A program made the position numbers and the translations under genes. A model generated the notes under the pieces. The model was not told where the DNA came from. It saw only the letters and a list, made by a program, of their open reading frames with translations, and made no database searches. DNA of 63,876 nucleotides, filler included, from Reclinomonas americana ATCC 50394 (lineage: Eukaryota), in the NCBI GenBank assembly GCA_048213135.1. It is 16 parts of 16 records of this genome, joined end to end, with 100 filler letters (N's around TTAATTAATTAA, not from the genome) between each part and the next. Parts side by side here need not be neighbours in the genome. Positions count along the whole stretch, not along the records: positions 14,692 to 18,287 come from AFZH01017855.1; positions 18,388 to 21,678 come from AFZH01017856.1; positions 21,779 to 27,420 come from AFZH01017857.1; positions 27,521 to 35,897 come from AFZH01017858.1; 12 more parts are not named here. One strand, 5' to 3'. Below are positions 14,894-31,927 of this stretch, piece by piece (position 1 is the stretch's first letter; the number at the start of each line of letters is the position of its first letter).

Positions 14894-15228
14894 GTCTTAT
14901 TCCTCCTGCTCCTCCTCATTCTCTCTCACCGTAGACAGTGAATGCGCAGAGAGCGGCCAAGATGAGCATGCCCAGCAGGTTCTTGCTCATCAGTCGCTGC
15001 AGACGACGTGCGATCATCTGTGGTGCAAACAGCACCAACACTAGCATGCCCACCTGTGTTCATGTGAGGGAGGGCGAGAGAGAGAGAGAGTGAGTGACAC
15101 GTGTTATTCCCTCCACCGCATGTGCGTGTGTGTTCTCTCTCTCTCTTCTTCTGCACTGTGTGTACCTCGGAAATGACGAGGGCGTTGAGGAACCACCAGA
15201 AGGAGAAGTACTTGACAAGGTCGTGCAT
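14303..15228 (-). CDS. BAP29/BAP31 (Yet)-like ER membrane protein
   Basis: MHDLVKYFSFWWFLNALVISE|VGMLVLVLFAPQMIARRLQRL...LILAALCAFTVY, gap, then ILVLVQRILQKHQHILDEIHVLKKGK-TAA. TM pattern with acidic residue and proline as in BAP31, plus a C-terminal KKxx ER-retrieval signal. Confidence 0.6.
14416..14466. repeat. (GA)n microsatellite
   Basis: Direct reading. Intronic, next to a gap. Confidence 0.95.
14815..14892. repeat. (CA)n microsatellite
   Basis: Direct reading. Intronic. Confidence 0.95.
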
Positions 15229-15426
15229 GGAGGAAACTTGGGGAAAAACTAAAGTGAATGCATGCAGGACCGCGGCCAGAAGGGCGCTGAACGTATAAAC
15301 GTGACATGAACGTGTAGGTGCGCTCCATTGGGCATTCATTCATTGGAAGGGTATTCGGAGGGCGATTGGCAAGCACCGTGAAAGGATACAGAAAAAGTGA
15401 GAAAGAGAGAGACCACGCAGAGCTGT

Positions 15427-19283
<3,857 letters not shown>

Positions 19284-19384
19284 TGTAGTGAAATGTTCGA
19301 AGTCGACATCGACTTTCTTTTGTTTTGTTTTTTTACTCGTCACTCTCTCATCCATTCACCATTTTTGCATTACACACAAGCCGT

Positions 19385-20777
19385 CTACGTCACTGTGATC
19401 ACGAGGTCAGCGGCATGCGCCAGTGAAAACGCTGCAGTACAGCTGGACGCAACGTGCAACTCACTGGCATCCGACGGCAGTTCGCCAATGTCGAGCTGAA
19501 CGCGAGGAGAGAGCAAGATGAGCGTGCGGATGCATGGAGCATGCACATTAAGAGTCCGACGCAACGGTGGTCGACATGGGTCGCGGCCATGACTCGCCCA
19601 GTCGCCCGGCGTCGGCCATGGCAGGATCGAGAAGCTGCGACGCTGTGTGTGCGGGAGTTGCCAAAGTCAGCGCGACGCCAACGCACTGTGTTTTCTCCAA
19701 CATGGCAAACCATTCCGCTGATGCTTGTCGAGATCAATAAATTGCTTGGAGCACACGGCGGCCGATTCGGGATGCAGCGTGATCATGACAAAGTACGCCG
19801 TCAGTGGCTCCACGTCATGCCGCAAGACAGGAGACTGCAAGAAACGTCAGCACACCCCTCACTGCGTGGCGTCGACGTGCAGGCGAGACGCAACGGCGAG
19901 AATGGCCTTGGAGAAGCGAGCGGTGGCATCGGAGACCACTTGCAGCGTGATCTCCTGTCCGTTCGGCAGAGTCGACCCAATGCTGTACCAGTCGCGCAGC
20001 AGCAAGTACAACTCCTTGACAAGCTGGTGACGCGATGTGAGGAATATGACAAATAACAGAACAACAACTACAGGAGACGCGCGCACCAGCAACTGATACT
20101 TGCGGTTGGAGTCACTGTCGGGGACGATGCGCATCAACTGTGTGCACACACAACACGCGCGCGCGTGTGAGACAAAAGTAGTCGACGGGAAGGAGGAAGG
20201 CGGTAGGAGGCACGGACCTCATTCCAGTTGTCGGAGAAGGTGCCGTCACAGCAGTCCATGTACTCGACCAGTATCCGCTGCAGGGCCTCGAATATCTTTT
20301 TCTGTGGACGGGATGAGTTCACGAACCTGCATCGCTGCGCGGGTGGGTGCGGTGGACAAACCTCCAGGATGGGATAAACTTGACTGTGGATGGACTTGAT
20401 TTGGTCAGGCGTGAACGACTCCGAGACCGAGAGAAGAATGGAGAGGTACTCGTCGGTGAGGAATGACAAGGTGTCCATCCACTGCGAGAAGAAGCTGGGA
20501 TGCGTGGCGGCGAACACGTCGAGTTCGGCGGAGAACGCGCAGGCCTTGGTCTCAAACAGTGGCTTTGCAGGTGGAGGAGTCGCCTGCCGCGGTGGTGTCG
20601 ACGGCTGCGACATGTCGCCGTCGTCAGTGTTGATGGTCGACTGTGCAGAAATAATCAAAAGAGAGTGAGCGAAAACAAGAGAAGAAAGATGTGGATGCAC
20701 AACGCGCAACATTGACTGTCCTTGGTGCTGACTGTTGTTGCTGTCGTTGCGATTGCTGTTGTTGTTGTTGTTGTGAC

Positions 20778-20809
<32 letters not shown>

Positions 20810-21678
20810 AACGTGGCCCTTGGTGGCCTTCAAACTCGGCGACGCAGTACTTGTGCCGTTGATGGCCGGCGACTGCATCGACATGAGTGAGCAAACTGGC
20901 GACGGCCACACCACACCATGCCAGTGCCGTCAACGCATACCTCAACGCCGTTGGCAGTCGGCAATCTCCGTGCGGGTACTGTGCCCTCTTGCTCCAGCTT
21001 GGTGCGGGTGGAATGGTAGTGGAACACGCACAGGAACAGGAAGCGATTCATCTCCAACTCCTGCTGCTCCAGCGAGCGATTCGGGCTGCGTCCAGCATCG
21101 TGTGCATCCCACGTTAGCATCACTCACTTGCCACCCACCAGTGACGCGGTGCGGCAACAACGCAACTCAAAGTACTTTTGCCGCACGACATTCTCCAAAA
21201 ATTGCAAAAACGAGCGATAAACAATCTGCTGGTGCTGGAACACCAGCTTGCCAATGAGCACACACTGCTCGAAAGTGAGATACACTGGATCCTGTTGGCG
21301 GCAGACGCAGTCAGCGCACGTCCACCACACACACAAATGAAGAAAAAACAACGTGGCTCTCCGGCAAACCATCTTGGCGCGCACAGCATCTCGATTGCTG
21401 CGTCCCAGTCGGGGTCCCGTCATGCCGAGCTCCGACAGGGTCACCGTGCGTGCAAACAGGAAGAATACCAAGTCATCCTCGTTGTACGTCTGCAGCATCA
21501 GCATCATCAAGTCAGTCCGGTGGTGCAGCGGGCGTGAGCATCGAAGACCACCCTCCGGCGACTCACCCCGTCCAGGAATCGTCCCATGAGCTCGAGCTCC
21601 AGGAACTTTTCGCGGAAATTGTGGACCGACAAGATGACATCCCACGAGTATTGCTCGCCAAGCGCATGGATACCGTGT
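19385..21678 (-). CDS. Uncharacterised protein with polyQ tract (5' end in gap)
   Basis: Exons splice in frame: ...WDVILSVHNFREKFLELELMGRFLDG|TYNEDDLVFFLFART..., polyQ near 20740-20810, then helical C-terminal exons. 3' end approximate. Confidence 0.6.
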
Positions 21679-21778
21679 NNNNNNNNNNNNNNNNNNNNNN
21701 NNNNNNNNNNNNNNNNNNNNNNTTAATTAATTAANNNNNNNNNNNNNNNNNNNNNNNNNNNNNNNNNNNNNNNNNNNN

Positions 21779-24700
21779 GGTGATGGTATCGTAGTAAAAG
21801 ACCGGAGCGAATTCCTGCAAGAAAAATGCACAACTGAGCACCTGCACGCAGCGGCGCTGTCGTGTGACACACGCACCGACTTTTGCTCGCGCTCCAGTGT
21901 CCGCCGCGCAACACCATGCGGCACTTGTAATCTGTGTGCCAACAGATCCACATGATCACCACGAGTGGAGAGGAGAATGCACGAGAAAACACACACCTCT
22001 TTGTGGATTCCGTGGTCAAATACACGGCACGCGAGTCATCGACTTGAGCTGCACTCATAGGCACAATCAATATCGCTCCCAGTGACACATCCACTCCATG
22101 GCGCCACGACATACCTCCGACTTGGACGAAGAATGCAACTGCCGGATGCTCATTCCGCAAAAGCACCGAGCTGCGGTGCACATTCGGCTCATCGACACGT
22201 ACAAATGGCGGATACATCTGCAATACACGAGAGGGAAGGCGCTCAGCAAACGCAGCAGCATGCGTGCACGTGCTCTCGCTGCGCCGAGTACCTGCCCAAC
22301 ACTGTCCGTCCGTGTCAAGGCGATTTCGCTGGCCAGCAATCTGTGCGACACGGCGTGTGAGACCGAAAAAAGAGCTCACACACACCGTGAGCACACAAGG
22401 CGATGCGCACCGCTGGAGACGCTGATCAACTGGCGGCGCATTAGGCACGCTCAATGTCGGCGGCGTCACGTGCAGCACACTCGGCGGCACCGCCAATCGA
22501 TCCAGATCCGCAAAATCGGCCATCTCAGCGTACAAGGTCTGGGCGACCAGACCGGCTTCGACACGCACAACCAGCGGCACCGTGAGCTGCCGGAAACAGA
22601 TGCGCGCTGCGTGGGAAAACAACAGCAGGTCAATGGGAGAACTCTACCGAGTCGGTGAGGGAGCGGCAACGCACTGGGGCGGTCGGTTCCTGGTGGCGGC
22701 TCGTCGGGCGGCGCCGTGTACTTGATGTTGAACTTGCGCAAGTACTCCTTGACTCTGTGTATGTGTGAGAAAGTGTGTTGCAAGTTGGGTGCGCGTAAAT
22801 GTCTGGGGCGCAACTCGGCGAGCTTGGGTCGGCGGCGTTCCACACGCGTCCACGTCCGTCGTCCGCGACCAGCTCGCCCACCGCGGCGATGCTCATGGTC
22901 GACGCCGTGCACTGCAGTGGCCACAAGTCAGCACGTGCGCAGAAAAGTAAGTGTTTGGTCCACCAGAAAGCGCACCACCGAGCTGTATTTGCTTCTCGAA
23001 AAACGTGACCACAGTCTCGGCATCCACTCGCACAATGACGGTGCGTGTCTCGCCAGGATTGATGGGCTCGTTGAACTCGACAACTTGCCCGAACGGACAC
23101 GATTGCTGTGCGAGTGGAGGTTGAGCCCCGAGTGCGACAATGGTGACTCGAAAAAAAGAGGAAACGAAGCACACATACCTCTGCGCTGCGGATAGTGACG
23201 TGCAAATCCTGCAAAATCTTGCGATCAAGAGCCAACACACTCGGCGCGAGAACCGACGGTGCTGCGACTCCCTTGGCGCCGACGACCGGCTTGACCGTCG
23301 CAGTGGCTGCGGTGGTGCACATGTGAGCGACACCTGGGCACGACAAGCAAGGCAGAATTGTTGAAAATTCATCACCAGCTGGATGGGCAGGAGCCGCTGA
23401 CGATGCGGGGCGCACAGGTGACGCTTGGCGCTGGTAGCCGGCAAACTGATTGTTGAAGGAGAGAGCCCTCGAGCGCACTGAACAAACATTCGGATCAATC
23501 AGCACGCACTGACCCCAAGTCCCTTCTCGCAATTCACACAAGACGCAACGGGGTGCGACAGTCGACCCCGAGTTGAAGGCACTCGCAGGGCGTGCTCCAG
23601 CAGTGTCACCAGCAGCGGTCGTGAACGGTCCCGCGTGCGATACCAGATGACCGGCAGGCTGCACCATAGGTGACGCGGAATCGCCGGGGCGAGCGACTGC
23701 GAAACACAAACTGAGCAAAGCGCGCGCGCGAAGAAGGCACACGTGCGGCACTGCGAGCAGACTCACCAACGAAAGTGGCATCGGAGTCAATCGACTCGTC
23801 ATCTGTCGACGAATCCCCCAATGACTCGTCGCCAAACTCGTGTCCCGGTGGCAGTCGGGCGATTGGCGGCCGGAAACTGCACACACACTCACAATCAGTG
23901 ACAGCATTGCATGGTAACCAGCGCAAGCATCACTTCTTACACAACTCTTTCAGCATGCTGTTGCTGATATCCGAATCGACAGACACCACTACACTGGCCA
24001 CCGGGTGAAGGCCGATGTTGCTGAGCAGCAGCTGCGTCTCGATGCTGTAAACCGCGCATCGTTAGCACCATCGACGGAGGTAGTCAGCCGACAAGAGAGG
24101 CGCACGCACGTTTCACCGGGAAACAGGTCGAACTCGGTGCTGTACGGCAGCTCAAATGTGGCTGTCAGAGTCGGCAGAGGCGGCAACACGTCCACCGTCG
24201 GTACCGGATTGGCCACAATCACCGTCATCGGGCTGTGACGACCCCGTGTGAGACAAGTGTGCATTTCTTCTGCCCGTTTCCACAACACGTACCAGTTGGG
24301 GCACTCACGGCACTTGTACTCCACGTGGCGAATGTACAATGTACCGGAAGACACAGCCGCGCCGCGGATGCGAATGTGCTGTCGTGAGCGTGACGGCACA
24401 AACATGACGCGCGGTTCGGCATTGAGACGGAAAAAGTCGGTGCGCACAGGAGTTTCGGCCGTCGGCAACGTGCCCTCGGGCACCAACTGGCAGCCGAGTT
24501 GCACATCGATAATGTTCAGATCGCACGCCAGCGGATTCTCAAAGCCCACTTCCACCTCGCACAGCTCGCCCTCGCTCCACTTGATCTGCACGCGACACAT
24601 GCCATCAGCTTCTTTGCCTGCATTGCAGCAATCTACGCAGCAGACACATGTACCTTTTGTCGATCGTTCTTCTTCTCAAACGGCGAGTAAATGAAGATGC

Positions 24701-27420
24701 TCTTGCGTGCTCCCGCCAGCTCCTCCACGTGCGGCTCCAGGTCGCCGTGAAGTCTGCGGTGAGTGACAAAGAGAGTGCAGTGATGAGTGGTGCTGTCGGA
24801 GGAAGCATGTGAATGACGAGAGTACGCACGGAAGCGGCATAATGTCGGACAACAGGAGAATGTTGGGCATGATGGTGCGCAACGAGTGCACCGGCAGCGC
24901 ACTGGAGTACTGGTGCAGCTGCTGCAAGACGTACTGCTGCTGCGACTCGTCCTCTTTCATGCAGTCGTGGAAACACTGCAGCAAAACACCGTACAACCGA
25001 GTGCACAGCAGCGAATCTGCGAGCCGCCACCCGTGTGAGACGCGTCTCGACGTTTTCTCTTACCACAATGCTCGCCAAACCTTGTGCATGCACAGCAAGA
25101 TCGACCAATTCCCACAGAATGTGGTACTGAATGGTGCGCCAGCCGTAGATCGGCGACCGCACGGCAACCAGCGGCACGTCGGGCAACGACGAGAAGGAGT
25201 GAGGGCCGAGCTGCAAGCAGTCCATGTGGTAGAACTGCAAGCATCGTTGCAGCACTGAGCACGCCTGTACACACACATACACACGATAGGTGAGTTCGAC
25301 AGCGCCACTTGAGAAGAAGTGGCTAACAAGCGAAAGTGCCTTAGGCGATTGCTCGAGCGAGTCGAGCGCCAGGGCGGCCTGTCGCATGAAAAAGGCGTGC
25401 TTGCGGTGCATATTCATCTCGCGAGACAATGCCGCAGCCAGCAGACACACAGGAACCTGGGTGACAGCAGACCCAGTGTGAGCCAGAGAGAAAGACAGAG
25501 AGAGGAGAGTTGGCCAGCAGCGCGCGTCACCTTCTTTCGTCGCTCTAGGTGCTTGAGCGACAGTTCCACAGCCTCGGTGATGTGATCCTGCGCTTCCACT
25601 CGCTGATTCGACACCTTGTGAATCTGGCCGAGCAGCATCATCACCTGCCACACGCGGTGAGCAGCATAGCAACGAACACAACCTTGCACAGACAAGTCGC
25701 AACTCCAACTGCCAGGTCCATCGCACGCTCGCCCTGGTACAGCTTGAGAGCCTCTTTCAGATAGTCAATGGCCTTTTGGTACACCGACTGTCGCGTGTTG
25801 GATTCGCGCTGCGCCTTCAGCAAGGTGGCGACCGCCAGACCCTCGAGCGCACCAGCCACCCACACAGAATCGCTGATGGGCCGCAGCGTCTCGCACGCCA
25901 GTTGGTATCTGTGCCGCACCGTCGAGAGTGAGCCACCCGGGTGCTTGGAAAAGGAAGGGAAAAAACAACGAAACTGCACAATGGCATCGTCAATGTCGCT
26001 GAGCAGCAAAAAGTGATCGGCGCGCCACTTGGCCGTCCGACCCGTTTCGCGCTTTTGCATCACCTTTGGTTTGGCGGTGCCTGGTGCAGTGCGGATGCCA
26101 GAGGCCGCAGACGAGGAGCGCGGTAACTCGGCGACACGTGATTTCGTACCCGCCACAGACACACTGCTCCCAGTACCAGCCGCGGCCGCCGTAAAGTTGG
26201 CTGCCACTCTGTGCAATCACAAATGAACATGTGTGAGTAATGCATCGCGCCACACACGCCAACACACAGTAAATGGGGCAGCAAGATGACGCACCCTCCC
26301 ACCGAGTCGAGATCCCCCGTGTTGACGACGCCGAAATCGAGGGCCGAGTTGAGAAGGAGCGAGCGATGCTCGTAGTACGACAACTGTGTGTGACGGAATC
26401 AGCCAGCACAGAATGTGAGAGAGAGGGACAGACACACACCAGCTTCTCGGTGTCGGTGAACACGGCCGACACCACGTCGGCAATGAGCGTGCGCAGGAAG
26501 AAATCCAGGCGATCCCGAATGTTGGGAATCATCACCATGCCGTCCATGACGACATCCTCTTGCCGCTCCATGGGCTCGAAGCAGAAGACGCGCGTGATGA
26601 CGCCCTGCGTCGAAAGAACATCTTTGTGTTAGACTCTGTGCGTGAATGTGTGTGTGTGCATGTTTGCGTGCGTGGGCACACTCACCCGCAGGGGAATCGA
26701 GGACAGCGAGTCCGATTCGTCACTGGCCTCATCGAGGCTAATGTCCTCTGGATCGACACTGCCTCGCCGCTGTTGCAGCACGTCATCATCGGCACTGCTG
26801 CCACCCCGCAGCACCGACACGTCCTCGGCAGAGTGCGGAACACTGCCCGGACTGCGTTGGCCTGCAGGAGGGGGGAACCAAGAAAAAATCGTCAGCCGAC
26901 AACAAGCAGAGGGGCAAACGGCGGTCACTGTGCAACACAGACCGCCTGCATTCTGCTGCAGAAACGAGCCGTGCGTACCGGTTGAGGAGCGTGTCAGGCG
27001 TGTGGGCACAGTACGGGCACGCGCAATCTTGCTCGGCGACGAGGCCATGTTGTACGACTCGTTGCCTGCGTGTTTCAGCGATGCGCGTGAGCAAAAAGAA
27101 GACGCATGTGATAGACAAACAAGCAACATAAAGTGCGCACCCGCCAAGCTGCCACCCAGTGCATCATAGGCGTCGGCGAGGGCGCCAGTCTGTGCCTGAC
27201 TGATTTGCGAAAAACACGACACTCGATCTCGCTGGTACTGCTCATATGCCTCCGCCAAGTCCGGGTACTCGACGCAGTGCACCACACCGATAGCCTGTGG
27301 TGAGCATGTGTGTGTGTATAGTAGCACAGAGAGAGAGAGAGAGAAGGAGGGCGGGGAAGACGCACAGCAAAGAGCTTTTGATGTGCGGAAAAGTTGACGT
27401 ATTCGCCACTGAATTCACCA
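21779..27420 (-). CDS. TRAPPC9: TRAPP II subunit TRS120/TRAPPC9 (both ends in gaps)
   Basis: AHQKLFA|AIGVVHC, TRVFCFEP, GRTAKWRADHFLL...YQLACETLRPISDSVWVAGALEGLA, MHRKHAFFMRQAA, GWRTIQYHIL, SIFIYSPF, KWSEGELCEVEVGFENPL. Phases stay consistent through the low-complexity C-terminal exons. Confidence 0.85.
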
Positions 27421-28024
27421 NNNNNNNNNNNNNNNNNNNNNNNNNNNNNNNNNNNNNNNNNNNNTTAATTAATTAANNNNNNNNNNNNNNNNNNNNNNNN
27501 NNNNNNNNNNNNNNNNNNNNGAAGAGCGCGCGCGGAGAGGCTGGCACCAGGCAATTTGGATCGCAATTTGTGACAAGAGGACACTTCGCGCACACAGTGG
27601 ACTTCTGGGCAAGAAACGCAGTCTGCACTGACTGCTCCTGCTTCTCTTGCACGCCATCCACGTTGCAGTGCGTCTGTGCAGGTGAACTTTGCATGTGCGA
27701 CGTCGACGTCGATATCAAAGCACTTAACTCTCCAACCCTCCGCTGCAGCTTCCAACGAGGCGCCACCTGCACAACGACGAGCAGTGTATAGTGCGATACA
27801 GGCAAGCTCGTCAGTTGCTTCTGATCCTTCACTGTTGGACTTCGCGGTCACCGCTGCGATCTCCACTTGCTCAAAGGCATGCAACATGTACATGCAGCCT
27901 TGCGCACATGTGAGTGTCATAGTACGCGCGTAGATGCACTTGCATGCTTGCTTACGCTGCAGCTCGCTGTCTGTCAGGACAACTCTTCTCACTCCTCTTC
28001 GTTATCGCAGATCTTATCGCACTC

Positions 28025-28931
28025 ATGGACGCTGAGTTTGCCGCCAAGCACGCCGACACTCTTGCTCGCCTCAAGGCCGAGATCGGAGGTACGCACTCTC
28101 AGAGTCAAAACACAAACTGCATTACGCGCTCGTGTCTCTCACACACAAACACACAGCATATCCCGACTTCCCCAAGCCCGGTATGCTCCCTCTTTCTCTG
28201 TGTGTGAGTATTCTCCTCTCTTTCTGACACGCAGTGTGTCAGGCATTCTCTTCCGCGATGTGTTCTCTGTCACGCGACTTCCGCATGGAATGCGCATGAT
28301 CACGGACCTGTTTGTGGAGTTGTACCGCGACAAGGTCGATGTGATTGTTGGTCTGTGTGTCCTTCTCTCTCTCTCTTTCTACAGTGTGCCTGCTTCCTCA
28401 CATGCGCACACGCGACGCCGAACAGGCATTGAGACGCGTGGTTTCTTCATTGGTGGTGCAATGGCCTACGTCATGCAGCTGCCCTTTGTTCCGGCCCGCA
28501 AGGCCGGCAAGCTCCCCGGTGAGAACAGGAGGAAGCAAGGCCTTTGTAAGGCGGGCAGCCTCACCTACCCACTACGTACACAGGTGTCTGTGTGTCGGAG
28601 ACATACACGCTCGAGTACGGCACCGACACGCTGGAGGTGCAAGAGGGCTCGGTGCGACCGGGAGACCGCGTGGTGATTGTCGACGATCTGATTGCCACGG
28701 GCGGGACCATGGCGGCCGCAGCCAACCTTGTGGGTGCGTGCGTGCGAGTTGAGCAAGCAGCTGGTTTGTTTCATTCATTCTTCCGACACACTGCTTCCTC
28801 CACGCGCCACAGAGAAGATCGGTGGCGTGGTCGTCGACACGGCATGCATTGTGGAGCTGCCGGAGCTCAAGGGTCGCGAGAAGCTCGGCGATCGCCACCT
28901 CACGGTGCTGGTGCAGTACGAGGGTCACTGA
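28025..28931 (+). CDS. APRT: Adenine phosphoribosyltransferase
   Basis: [41 protein letters not shown]-binding [27 protein letters not shown]. Five introns. Confidence 0.96.
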
Positions 28932-28941
28932 TGATGATGAT

Positions 28942-29581
28942 TCACCGGTGCGCGCGTCTCTTGGCCACCAGTGCATCCGACAACTTGAGCAGCACCGACT
29001 CGAGTGAATCTGTAAGCGTGGCTATGCGCCGTCGAGCCTCCTCCCTCTCCTGTTCCTCCTCGTGCTCCTGCCACTCCTCCGCAGCAGACCACTGAGTGCT
29101 GGCAAACGAGCGGCCCAGACTGTCGCGACTGTCGACCAGATCGTGCACGCCCAACCACTCCCGTGTGGCGCGTGGCACGTGCGTGGGCAGCGGTGCGGTC
29201 AGCAGCGAGTCGGGTGGCTGACTTACCACGCTCGGCACTCCCCTCCCTCGCTCGTGTCGCTGCAATCCGTACGCTGCCGATACTCGTGCAGCACGACTGT
29301 TGGCCTCCTGTGTGCTCACCATCCAGTGGGCATGCTGAAACACACATCGGGCTGCATCACCAACTGGCGTACCATGCGCTGCTGCTGCGCCAGCAGTGTC
29401 TCCACCTCGTACTGTGTCTTTTGCAGTGTGGCCTTGGCACGACGCACAGACTCTGTCGATGACCAACGATCAGCAAGCCAGCTTTCCTTCTCTCTTCTTC
29501 TCCATCCGTCTCACCTCGAGGCCTTGTCATGTCGACATACAACAGCTTTTGTGGGGGGTGGCTGGGGATTGGCTCCAACAT
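28942..29581 (-). CDS. Hypothetical coiled-coil protein
   Basis: Three exons: [53 protein letters not shown]...|EANSRAAR...[27 protein letters not shown]...RAHR-TGA. Confidence 0.55.
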
Positions 29582-29631
29582 GACGACGAAGAGAAAGATT
29601 GCCGGGCGCGTGCACAGGACTTCTTATCATT

Positions 29632-31438
29632 TTATTCTGCATCGTCCATCGGCACGGTGTCGTCTTCCACAGAGGCGTACACGGCGTCAAAGAGGGATGC
29701 CCACCGTGGGTCGCCACCGAGACCGCCCATGATGAGCTTGTTGGGCGTGTAGCCAAAGGCCAGCTCGTTGTCCGGGTCTGCGAAGTTCATTGGTGACAAG
29801 AACAAGCTGTGGAGAACGACAGCGGCTTGCACGTACTCACCGGCCCAGCCAACAGAACCACCGCTGCCAGAGTGCCCGAACGTGTTGGGCGTGCGACCGA
29901 GGGAGCGCATCTCGGCGTTGAGCAAAAAGCCGAGAGCGAAGCGGCTCTGCAGACCGAGCAGGATCTGATCGTCGCCACTGCACGGATTGTGAGCGACAGC
30001 CGGATTCCTGCGTGCATGGAACGCATGACGCAACTAGGCTTGCTCGGTGCGCAGCTCGCGCACAGTTTCAGGCTTCAGGAGGCGCACTCGCTCGCCCGTG
30101 GTCTCGTCGGCCAGCCCGAGACCGTCGCACGCCAGCATGGTGTACATGCGCATGAGTGCACGTGCGTTGCTGTGCCCTGTGAGTAGCGCGGCATGAGAAG
30201 CTGTTGGCCGAGCGTGACAATGCACGCACACATGCACACAGAGCGCCTCACCATTGCCGGCAGGGATTTCGGCCTCGATCCATCCCTCGCTGTTGGCCAC
30301 ATTCGGCGCCGCAAAGTCGGCCGGATTCAGCATGGCCTTGTGCGTCATTGTCGTCGGATCCATCATGGCGGCCATCATGCGACGCACGGCCTCGGGCACA
30401 CTCTGCTGCATCGCTGCCGGATCCTTGGGCAGCGCACTGCAGGAGAGGGAGGCGTCACGATCGCGAGAACAGCAGCTTCAAATATGAAAACGCGCAACAA
30501 TGAAATCACGGGTGCCACTCGCGCCCGCGTCTCCGCATCGCGCACACCAACGTGCAGGTCGAGCCCGAGTCGCTGCGTGACCTCGCGCTCAAACACATCC
30601 GAGAAGCGCGCACCGGGAGTGCCGTCGGCCCGGCGTACCATCTCGCCCACCAACCACTGCACACAACACACGACGCGATTAGTCACCCGCTGCTTCGCCG
30701 TCTCACCACTAGCACTGGCACGCACTCCAAACGTCAAGGCCTACGCAGTCCGTCAGTCAACGGCCAAGGAAGGATGCGCGTTCGATTAATGTATGGTCTG
30801 CACGCAACATGATACCCGTGCGCAGTTCCCGGCTCCCACCACGGCTCCTGCTGCGCCAGCTTCTCGCACATCACCTCCCACTTGTATCCGTCGCCAGGCG
30901 CCAGCGTCTCTCGCACCGCCGGATTGCCACTCTGGTGCGCCAGCATGTGTCGCAAGGTGGTGCGTTCCTTGCCATTCTGCACCTGCAATGAGCCTCCTTC
31001 TCGATGCGTGCAAACTGAGCAACAAGCCTCGCGACGCAACGCAGGCATACTCGGGCCACACATCGCCCACGGGTGCATCCAACGATAGCTTGCCTTGCTC
31101 GATCAGCACGTGCGCACACAGCGCAGTGGCCGCCTTTAATGCCACGTCAGCGCCATGTGCATGCATGCATTCTCACACACGCAGAAGCTGACCTTGGTGG
31201 CACTAAACATGTTGACAATAGTGTCCTTTTGCCATGGCTGCCTCTCCTCCTCCTCTTGCGACGACGACTCGTTCACGTGCCCCGCCCACAAGTCGCACAC
31301 AACGCGACCGCGCCACGAGAGCGCCACAGCAGCTCCACACTCGCTAAAGAGAGGAAAGTTCGCCGCGAAGGCCTCACGTACGCGTGCAAAGCGCGGGTGG
31401 CAGTAGCCAAAGACCTCGGGAACCACGGCGCTCGACAT
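29632..31438 (-). CDS. Beta-lactamase-fold serine hydrolase (class C / family VIII esterase-like)
   Basis: SxxK motif FSATK, [78 protein letters not shown]. Eight introns. Confidence 0.93.
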
Positions 31439-31525
31439 TGATTGAAAGACGAGCAAGATGCCTCTTGTCCTGTGAGGGTTGCAACAATGCAGCTGCCCCT
31501 GGCACACCATGGATGGGTAGGAGAC

Positions 31526-31897
31526 TTAGCTGTACAGGCTGCTCCTCTCGGGCCGGTGCATGCGCTGTGAGAAGATCGCGATCGGATAATTCTGGACGTC
31601 GAAGTTGTTGTCCACGCGTGCACTGCCCTTGCTTGAGCGTGCTTTACCTTCACTGACACGGTGGACGATACACATACTGTCCATCGAGGGACAGCTGTGG
31701 AGAGCAGCGCGTGTACGTGTCGTCGGATACTTGTCGCGAAGTTGTCTCGCGTGTCGAGAGTTCTCTCGTAGCCGGAGATCTGCGGTGATGCGACGAACGC
31801 GGTGGGTTGCAAACCAGTCTTCAAGGTCGCTCTCCGCGATACCCGCTCTTCGCTCCATTGCGATCAGTGAACGTCGAAGCGACTCTCCGTCCTCCAT
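31526..31897 (-). CDS. Possible small hypothetical protein
   Basis: Open frame MEDGESLRRSLIAMERRAGIAESDLEDWFATHRVRR... fills an otherwise empty spacer. No family recognised. Confidence 0.3.
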   Translation of the reverse strand: MEDGESLRRSLIAMERRAGIAESDLEDWFATHRVRRITADLRLRENSRHARQLRDKYPTTRTRAALHSCPSMDSMCIVHRVSEGKARSSKGSARVDNNFDVQNYPIAIFSQRMHRPERSSLYS

Positions 31898-31927
31898 TAT
31901 TGCCACGTGCAACTCCGTTGCGCAACG

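Noticed and set aside
27521..28000. Minus-strand ORF 27465-27992 upstream of APRT
   Set aside because: No recognisable motifs or consistent exon chain. It could be 5' sequence of a neighbouring gene but is unsupported.
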